From Ascoidea asiatica JCM 7603 (lineage: Eukaryota > Fungi > Ascomycota), in the NCBI GenBank assembly GCA_001600695.1, contig BCKQ01000020.1, positions 1 through 12,036 on the forward strand: a DNA stretch of 12,036 bases, given 5' to 3'. Positions 1 to 8,200 of the stretch are shown here, in pieces. The notes under the pieces are model-generated. The model saw nothing but the letters and a program-made list of their open reading frames with translations. It ran no database searches and was not told the origin of the DNA. A program made the position numbers and the translations under genes. Each line of letters begins with the position of its first letter. The first letter of the stretch is position 1.

Positions 1-966
1 GATATCTTAAAAGAAGAAAGAAAAAAAAAACTGGTATTCATTCATAAACCAATTAATAAAAATGAAAAACAAAAATATGGTTGTACTATTTGTTATTCAT
101 TACATTCAAGAAAATCAAATTGTGAAAGACATTTAGAAACTCATTTCCCAAATAAACCTGATGGTAGAACTAAAAATAAAATTTCCAAAAATGCTTGTCC
201 TGAAAAATATATTCATTTATTTCATCCATTTAAAAAACAAGAAGATAAAGTTGAAATTAATAATAATAATAATATTAATAACAATAACAAAAACACATCA
301 AATGATTTAACTTCTGATGGTACTGGTATCAAAGATTCAGATTCAATTACAGAAATCGATAAACCTGAAACTTCAATTGCATTACCAAAATTATATTCCT
401 CCTCTAATGCATGTTCTTCTATTGTTTCTTCTAAAAATTATTCTCCATTTTTATCATCAACATCTTCTTCCTCTACTAATTCTTCTCCATTTATGAGTTG
501 TAATTCTTCTTTACCTTTACAAAAATCTTCTCCTTCAAGTTTAGCTTCTTCTCCTATTTCAAAATCTATTACTTTCAAGGTTAACATGTTTGAAAAATGT
601 AAAGAACAATCTTTAAATTCTTTAAATTCTTCATATGATACTAATTTAAATCCAAGTCCTTTTACAAAAATCGTTGATAAAAATGGTGCTGATAATGGTA
701 ATAATAATAATAATATTAATTATGATAATAATAACAATATCAATTATGATAATAATAATTATGGAAAAGGTACAATCAATTATTCATTAAATAATTATAA
801 AGTTACTAATGATAATTATTCTTCTGAGCCAAAAGCTCCTTTAAGTCCTGATAATTTTACTTTTTATTCTATTAATTCATGTCCTGTAATTACCAAGGTT
901 CCAAAACAAAGATTCAATTTCAGATTACCATCTTTCAATCAATTATTACCTAATGATCAAATTTAA
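1..966 (+). CDS. C2H2 zinc-finger protein, probable transcription factor (5' end outside the window)
   Basis: Frame 1 has no stop from base 1 to TAA 964-966, so the tracked ORF 493..966 is only the C-terminal half. Bases 76-144 encode YGCTICYSLHSRKSNCERHLETH (C-x2-C-x12-H-x3-H). Ser-rich and Asn-rich tracts follow, ending in FRLPSFNQLL. Confidence 0.85.
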   Translation, partial: DILKEERKKKLVFIHKPINKNEKQKYGCTICYSLHSRKSNCERHLETHFPNKPDGRTKNKISKNACPEKYIHLFHPFKKQEDKVEINNNNNINNNNKNTSNDLTSDGTGIKDSDSITEIDKPETSIALPKLYSSSNACSSIVSSKNYSPFLSSTSSSSTNSSPFMSCNSSLPLQKSSPSSLASSPISKSITFKVNMFEKCKEQSLNSLNSSYDTNLNPSPFTKIVDKNGADNGNNNNNINYDNNNNINYDNNNYGKGTINYSLNNYKVTNDNYSSEPKAPLSPDNFTFYSINSCPVITKVPKQRFNFRLPSFNQLLPNDQI

Positions 967-1202
967 TCAATTAATCATTCAATTTTCATTTTTCACCTCT
1001 CAAATTCAATTCTTTCACTTCTTCCATGCTTTCACGTATTAATTTCCCTTACTCCAACTCAATTTTTTTTTTCATATCTTAACTATTACTTACTTTATTA
1101 TTATTTTATTACTTTATTACTTTATTATTTTCTGTCTTTTTTGTATTTTATTAGTTTATTTACTACCGGTCATTATTTTCCTATTTTATTATTGGTATTT
1201 TG

Positions 1203-1272
1203 GTTTTTGATTTTTGGTTTTCGGTATTCAGTATTCAGTATTCAGTATTCGGTATTTGGTATTTGGTATTTG
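1203..1272. repeat. Degenerate 7-bp tandem array, 10 units
   Basis: GTTTTTG, ATTTTTG, GTTTTCG, (GTATTCA)x3, GTATTCG, (GTATTTG)x3, read directly. Confidence 0.9.
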
Positions 1273-1861
1273 GTAATTAGGTATTTTACGACTTTGGTTC
1301 AACTTTTTTACTTATTGTATCTACTTTTATCTATTTTAAAATTGGCTGGGCCTTTAAAATCAATCAACCTAGGGTTCTTTATCGGTTATTTTCTATTATT
1401 TTCTATTATCTATTCTATACTTTTTATCCTTAGTTAGTTATTCAAATTATATGTCTTCAAATTTAATATTTTTAATTATTATTCAATACTATTATTCAAA
1501 ATTAATTTTATATATTAATAACTTCTTTTTGATCTTCTTTGTAAAGTCTTTTGAATTAATTTGTAAGTTTTAAAGCTCAAAAGTAAGGTTGCTCGTCGAT
1601 TAACGGAGCCCGTTGTAAGTGAAAGGTCTTTAACTATGGGCCATTATGTAATCGATTGTAGCAAAAGAAAAGTATGATGAAAGTAATAATGAAAGTAAAA
1701 GTAATAGTAATAATAATAATAATCACATTTCAAATATTTGTAATAGTTATCATACAGTGATTAAAGTATTCTTGGTAATCATGTTGTAATCAGATTGTAA
1801 ACACTTTTTAGGAATGAGGAAATTTATTTACTTTTTATGATTTCATTGCCAAATCATATTT

Positions 1862-3097
1862 CTAGAAAGAATCTGCATAATCACACCAAGTCGCCGAGAT
1901 TGATTGGACTGAGCTGGTATATGGCAAAGAAGTAGAAGAAGAAGAGGAAAGAGAAATGGTTGGCTTAAGGTTATCATCATCACCATTATTGTTATCATTA
2001 TTATCACCATCATCTAATAATTCACCTATTGCCTTTATAATAACAGGAACCATACCTCCTGTTTCAATTTGAATTTCTTCATGATCAATAACTCTGAAAA
2101 GTGAATAAATAGTACCAGAATGACTAGTGGCAGAAATAAACATTGAAGAATCATTGGTGAAAATATCATTTAAAAACTTATATGATCTTACATCATGACC
2201 ATAATCACCTTCATAAAAATTTGGATTCCATAATTCATCAAATTCAGAAAAATCCTTTTCAAAGATAAAATTCGGATATGTTTGATGTAAATATGTTTTA
2301 TTTCTTCTTATATCAGCGGTATCTACTCCATTATCTTCTCTTAACATTTCTTTAAATATAGGATTATAATTATCTTTAATTATATCATTCCAAGTATATA
2401 TCAAAGTTTCAATGGATCTAGTTAACGGAGAAGAATAAAAGTTTTGTGGAAATGGAATATTATTTTGTTTGATTTGATATTTCCAAGCAGGATTATTTAC
2501 TTTAGCTTGTTCAATACCTAATTCGGTTAAATGTCCATCATACCATTCTATGGTACCGTTTCCATTCTCATGACACCAATAACAATCCCATTTATCTTGG
2601 CCATAATAGAGTTTTGCGAAATTATGAGGAGCTTCACCATGTCTGGCTAAGAAAAATAACTTGTAAGCAATATTTGAAGGTGCTTTTTGATTTAGTAGAA
2701 ATAAATCTTCTTTAACCATGTTCCAATTAAACATCTCCTTTAAACCAAAATTAGATTTTAAATAGTTGAAATTACTAGGTAGTGTGTTTGGATCATCTTG
2801 GTAAAAATATCCTTTTACAATTTCGTAGTTTATCGGAATAAATGTTGAAGTTTTATATTTCTCGCACTTTTCAGCATAACTATTATAATCAAAATTGTCG
2901 TTCAATTCTTCATTTATCTTTTGCTGATTCTCCTTTTGATTGTCATTGATATTCTCAGTTGGATATTCATTCTGATATTGAACTGAATTTGTTCTATGAT
3001 GTAAGAAAATCGATACATAGATGTAAAGAAGCCCCACCATCGGTACCATCAATGCCAAATAGACATATAAAACTCGTCTGAATCTGAAGCTCACCAT
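1862..3097 (-). CDS. PMU1-like histidine phosphatase (phosphoglycerate-mutase superfamily) with N-terminal signal-anchor
   Basis: Catalytic LARHGE..HN, DGHLTELGIEQA, YSSPLTRSIET, LRE...DTADIRR and SATSHSGTI motifs match the fungal Pmu1 family. Residues ~9-32 are hydrophobic. Orthology to PMU1 itself is not established. Confidence 0.88.
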   Translation of the reverse strand: MVSFRFRRVLYVYLALMVPMVGLLYIYVSIFLHHRTNSVQYQNEYPTENINDNQKENQQKINEELNDNFDYNSYAEKCEKYKTSTFIPINYEIVKGYFYQDDPNTLPSNFNYLKSNFGLKEMFNWNMVKEDLFLLNQKAPSNIAYKLFFLARHGEAPHNFAKLYYGQDKWDCYWCHENGNGTIEWYDGHLTELGIEQAKVNNPAWKYQIKQNNIPFPQNFYSSPLTRSIETLIYTWNDIIKDNYNPIFKEMLREDNGVDTADIRRNKTYLHQTYPNFIFEKDFSEFDELWNPNFYEGDYGHDVRSYKFLNDIFTNDSSMFISATSHSGTIYSLFRVIDHEEIQIETGGMVPVIIKAIGELLDDGDNNDNNNGDDDNLKPTISLSSSSSTSLPYTSSVQSISATWCDYADSF

Positions 3098-3471
3098 TTT
3101 GGAATAGATATCTGAAAAGTATTGGAGTAAGAGCTGTGGCCTTTGGAAGTGAAAATAAATTCAAATTTCAGAGTCTCAAGTTGTAAAACAATTCACAAAA
3201 CCATTAAAAACATCAAAAATGTAATAAAAATACCAAAAAAACACCAAAAAACACCAAAAAACATTTTCAGGCTCTGAATACCCGGAAATAATATCCGTGG
3301 TAATATTTAAATCCTAAACGCGGATTAATTTCAGATACGGAAGTTTAAAATTTCTGGAGAAAAAAATAAAAAATGAAAAAAATAATAAAAATATAATAAA
3401 GACTTACTAGTTTTCTAAAATAAATATATTTTATATGAGAAATTGCAGTCTTTTTAACAAATTAAATCAAT
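3098..3471. promoter_or_regulatory. Divergent promoter shared by the PMU1-like gene and HGH1
   Basis: 374 bp between head-to-head start codons. A CG-containing core at 3281-3340 is flanked by A-tracts. Confidence 0.7.
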
Positions 3472-4593
3472 ATGACAACTCAGTTAGAAGAATTAATTGG
3501 TTTTTTAAACAGTAACAACAATATTGTTCAAACTGTGGCACTTCAAAATGTTGTTGGATTGACTTCAAGCCAAAAAAATTTATTTTATGCAAACAATTAT
3601 CAGCCTATAAAAGATTTAATTTCAATTTCAAAGAAAAAAGGTGAATCTAACCAGCAAGATTCTTTTACATGTCTTGTCAACTTATCAGATTCAATTCAAG
3701 TTAGGAAAATAATAATTGACTATGATCCAGATTATATAAATTATCTAATTGAAGAAATTTTGAAAGATAATAAATCATCTGCTTTAATTTCAATGTTATT
3801 ATCAAATCTAACTGTTTCTTCATATACAGATGATAAAGAAACTTATGAAGATGAAAATTCAAAGAAAAATATAATCACACTTGTATCTAAATTAACAACT
3901 AAACAAATTGAAAAATTATTAGATATTTTTATTAAAAATGATGAAAGACATGATTATTTATCTTTTGTATTCACAAGTTATTCAACTCAACTACAAGGAA
4001 GAGAATTTTTTTTTAAAAATAATTTTGATAATTTCTCAAAAATAATTATTTTTTCATCTCCCAAAAAAATTAATTCAGGACCAAGAAGATTATGTACTTC
4101 TCAAATTATAAAAAATTTATTATTTGATATAAATAATCATCTTAATCTATTAAATGACTCAAATTTAAATTTTTTATCTTATTTATTAACTCCTTTAATT
4201 TCTCCTCTTTCTAAATTTGATGATGATGAAGAGTTCGCTTTACCAGATGATTTACAATTTCTTGAAAAAGATTCAATAAAAGTGGAAACTGATATTGAAA
4301 TAATTTCAACATATTTGGAAAGTATCTTATTATTATGTACAACTAAACCAGCCAGAGAAATATTAAGAGCAAAAAGTGTTTATCCCGTAATTAGAGAATT
4401 ACATAAATTAAAAGATGAGGAAAAAATATGTGATTTATGTGATAAAATAGTTCAATTTTTAATGAGAGATGAAGCTCCAGAAGAAATGAATAATGAAAAT
4501 GATAAGAAAATCAAAGAAATATCCAGCAGCAATGATGTTGACAGTGATAGTGATAGTGATAGTGAAGATGATAAAATAGTGGAAATTTTATAA
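3472..4593 (+). CDS. HGH1: Hgh1/FAM203 family armadillo-like protein (eEF2 chaperone)
   Basis: N-terminal MTTQLEELIGFL; RR...IKNLLFD; LPDDLQFL; YLESILLLCTT..AREILR...VYPVIRELH; VQFLMRDE; acidic tail ending IVEIL. Length is typical of the family. Confidence 0.92.
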   Translation: MTTQLEELIGFLNSNNNIVQTVALQNVVGLTSSQKNLFYANNYQPIKDLISISKKKGESNQQDSFTCLVNLSDSIQVRKIIIDYDPDYINYLIEEILKDNKSSALISMLLSNLTVSSYTDDKETYEDENSKKNIITLVSKLTTKQIEKLLDIFIKNDERHDYLSFVFTSYSTQLQGREFFFKNNFDNFSKIIIFSSPKKINSGPRRLCTSQIIKNLLFDINNHLNLLNDSNLNFLSYLLTPLISPLSKFDDDEEFALPDDLQFLEKDSIKVETDIEIISTYLESILLLCTTKPAREILRAKSVYPVIRELHKLKDEEKICDLCDKIVQFLMRDEAPEEMNNENDKKIKEISSSNDVDSDSDSDSEDDKIVEIL

Positions 4594-4893
4594 GTTTAAT
4601 TAATTCAAATGGACTTTTATTTAACTATATAGGAGCAATTCAATATATTGAAGCATATACTGTGTACTAAATATATATTGGAATATAGTAAAAAATATTG
4701 TGAAATTGAAAATTGAAAAGGAAATCGAAAAAGAACTGTAAAACTTTTTGTGGGTATTATAAATGAGATAAATCATTTTTATTATACAAATGATATTAAT
4801 AATTGAAAATTATTATTAAAATTTGAGTAAGGGTGATAAAAAAACAACTGAAAAAAAAAACTAAACATGAATGAAATGTCACTGTATTTGGAG

Positions 4894-4914
4894 AAAAAAA
4901 AAAAAAAAAAAAAA
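4894..4914 (+). repeat. Poly(dA) tract, A21
   Basis: 21 consecutive A in the convergent HGH1/HSL1 intergenic region. Confidence 0.95.
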
Positions 4915-5296
4915 TAAAGCTTAATTAACAAATTAACAACAAAAGAAGAAAGAGTTGTATGTACTTTGAATTTGAAGTTTTTTTCTCAAAAAACTTTCAA
5001 ATTTTCAAAAATCTAATACCGCTGAGAATAATTTAATAGAAAAATGAGGTAATTATAAAAACAAAGAGAAACAAAAGGTATTCAGGAAAATTTTGATGAT
5101 TATATAGAAGTAGGAATCTTTTCAATGTGACAGAATATTGGATTTTAAAAACTTTTTAAGTAAAAGTTAATTATGTAAAAGATGAAATGTTGAATAGAAA
5201 TTAAAGTTCTTAAAAATGCAATTTTGGGAGTCCTTTAGCTTGGATTGAAATAAATATAATTAAAAAAAGTAGAATGCAGGAAAAAAGAATAAAAAT

Positions 5297-8200
5297 CTAT
5301 CTTGAGTCTTTTTTTTCTTCGATCTCTATAACTTTTTTCACTACTGTTATCAACTTTTCAAAAGCTTTTATTGAACCTTTTTCTTTGGAAATTGTTACAA
5401 TGGATTTTATTTGCTTTTCACTTTTAGATTTTGAAGCTAGGGGTTTCACTTGTAATTTGAATTTAAGAGATCTAGAATGAGCAACTGGCACCACACCTGT
5501 AATTGTTTCAGTTTTATTATCAAACTTTATTTTGGATATTGTTCCTTCTTGGAGTTTAACATTCATTGAATTTCTCATAACTGACATCAATTTACTTGCA
5601 TTTAAAGTAGTTTCTATAGATTTTAAATCATGGGTAGAATTATTGGAAGAAACTAAATTATTTATTACTTTCGAAAACCAACTTTGTTTTGGTTGAGAAG
5701 AAGATGTAACATTTTCTAAATTCTTAACAATAGCTTTAGTAGAAGCCAACGGTTGAGTGCCTGAAGAAGTTTTTGATATATATGAAGTTGGGCTAAATGA
5801 TTGAGGTCGTTGTTTTTTATCTTGATCTTTGTTGATTTCACTTATTGGAGTATTTGGAACAATCTTTGGGGAAGAGGCATTAGGGCGTTTAGTCATTATT
5901 GAATCACCAATCATACTCATTCTTTTTGAATTAATATTGGCTTTAGGCATTGTTTTCATTAAAATTTCAGATTTAATATTTGGTAAAAAAGAATTTGATA
6001 TTGGACTAACTGGAATTTTTGGAGCTTCTCTATGAGGTACAAGTGTTGAAATATTAGAACTTTCTATAATATTTTTAGTTTCCGAATTTAAAGTGATTTT
6101 AGCTTCTTTATCTATAGGTGAATTTGGATTTGAAAAGGATTTTCTAGAATGTCCAACAGAAACCAGTTTCAAAACTAATTTATCCTTTGATGATTTTGTT
6201 TTTACGGTTTTATCATTATTACTTGGTTTAAAAGATTTAATAATAGTTGAAGATCCTTGTTCAATAATAGTTGATTTTGAAAGATCAGATAATCTTGAAG
6301 TTTTTGAATCACAAACAAGAGATTTTAAATTACTACCTTTTTTCTGTGAAGAAGTAGATCTTTTATGAGAATTAAAAGATTGAATCATTGATTCTTGTGC
6401 ATCAGCATAAATATCATCTTCTTCAATAATTAAATCAGTTGAAGTTTCAGGAGCTGATCTTGTAAAATTATTTTTTGTAATAAAATTTTTGATAGTAGCT
6501 GAACTTATATCTAAACTTGAATTATTATTATTTGTTTCTAAATTATTATTTGCTGATTTAGGATTTTGATTAAAATTATTTTGTTTTGTAGGATTTGAAG
6601 AATCTGGAATTTTTATTGAATCAAAATTTATATCAAGATAATTTTTTTCATCTGAAATTTCAGTAAAATTATTATTATTATTATTATTATTATTTTTGTT
6701 ATTAATAGTATTGATTTTATGATTTTTTATTGGACTTACACCTACAGTTGACAGAACTTTATTAATTTTTTGATTATATTCACTAACTGATCTTTTATTA
6801 TTACCCTTTGGATCCAGACTTATTGGAGAAGATTTATCATTAGTTTCAATTTCATTAGAAATTTTAATATCAATTGGTAATGGAGTTGAAACTGTTCTTC
6901 TATTAGAAAATTCTTGTTGTTTTAATAAATTTTCATATTGAAGTTTTAATAATCTTGCTTCTTCTTCAGTTTTTTTTAATTTTTTTGCCATTAATTCAGC
7001 AGTTTTAATTGCATCAATTCTTTCTTTTTCTTTTCTATCATCTTCAGTTTTCTTTAAAATTTCTTCTTCTTTTTTTTTCAACAGATTTATTGCAGTTTTT
7101 TTTAATTCTGAAATTGTTGGAACTTTATTATTTTTTGATAAACTACTTTTATCAATACTAAAACCAAAAGCTTGTTCACAAAGTGCAGCAAAATCTTTTG
7201 AAGTTATAACAGAATCATTATCAATTTTTTCAGAACCATTTAATGGAATTCTTGGTAATTGATTTAAATTTAAAGCTTGTTTATTTAAAATATTTTGATC
7301 ATTAGAAGTTGTATTTGAGTTAGATGCAGATGCAGCAGCAGCAGCAGCAATTATTCTTGAATTTCTTTTATTTGAAAAAGATAATCTAAAACTTGATCTT
7401 TTACTTGAATTTGAATTAATTGAAGAAGATTTTGAATGTTTTGAAGTTTTTGAATTTTTTGGTAATGAAGATTTATTATTATTAATATTATTATTATTAG
7501 TAGTAGTAGTAGTATTAATATCAAATTTAAACAAATTTTCAGATTGATTAAATTTTAGTTTTTTATTTGGAATTTCAATACTATTATGAGAATTAGAAGT
7601 AACTAAAGGTAAAATATCTTCATAATTTTGTAAAGAACCCACAGAAAATGCATTTGTTGAATCTCTTTTAATATGACTATTATTAATATTATTTGAAATT
7701 TTCTTTGAAATATTTATTGGTAATGGAGGTATAGCAGGTTGTTGTTGTTGTTGTTGTAATTTTTTATGAATACTATTACTACTTTTAATTCTATTATTTG
7801 AATCTTTAGATTTAAAAGAAACACTTCTACGATAACTTGAAGAAGCAGGAATAGCAGTTTTACCATCATGATCTTTAGTTTTTGATTTTGGTTTAGAAGT
7901 TTTACCACCAGATCTTTTATAATCTTTTTTAATTTGAGCTAATTTTTTTGAAGATGAAGAGGATAAAATTTTAGATTTTGAGATTGATTGAGTTGAAATT
8001 ATTGTATTTTTTTTACCATTATCATTAATTATTGTTGTTGTTAAAATACTTTTTGAATGAGTTAAAGATAATTTTTTTTGATTAATTAAATCTTGAGCAG
8101 TAATTGAAGAATTATTTAATTGTTTTATAACTTTTTTATTTTTATTATTATTGTTATTGTTATTATTTAAATTTGAATATTGATCAATTGTTGATTGTTG

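Noticed and set aside
493-966. 157-aa ORF as a standalone gene
   Set aside because: It starts at an internal Met of a frame open from base 1 that contains the zinc finger.
1141-1437. 98-aa hydrophobic ORF
   Set aside because: TTG start, and the hydrophobicity comes from T-rich heptamer repeats. No recognisable domain.
1674-1810. Box C/D snoRNA from ATGATGA at 1674
   Set aside because: No downstream CTGA box D on the + strand, and the context is low complexity.
5274-6368. Plus-strand ORFs 5274..5480, 5829..6035 and 6093..6368
   Set aside because: Antisense shadows of HSL1 with no domain features; two have non-ATG starts.
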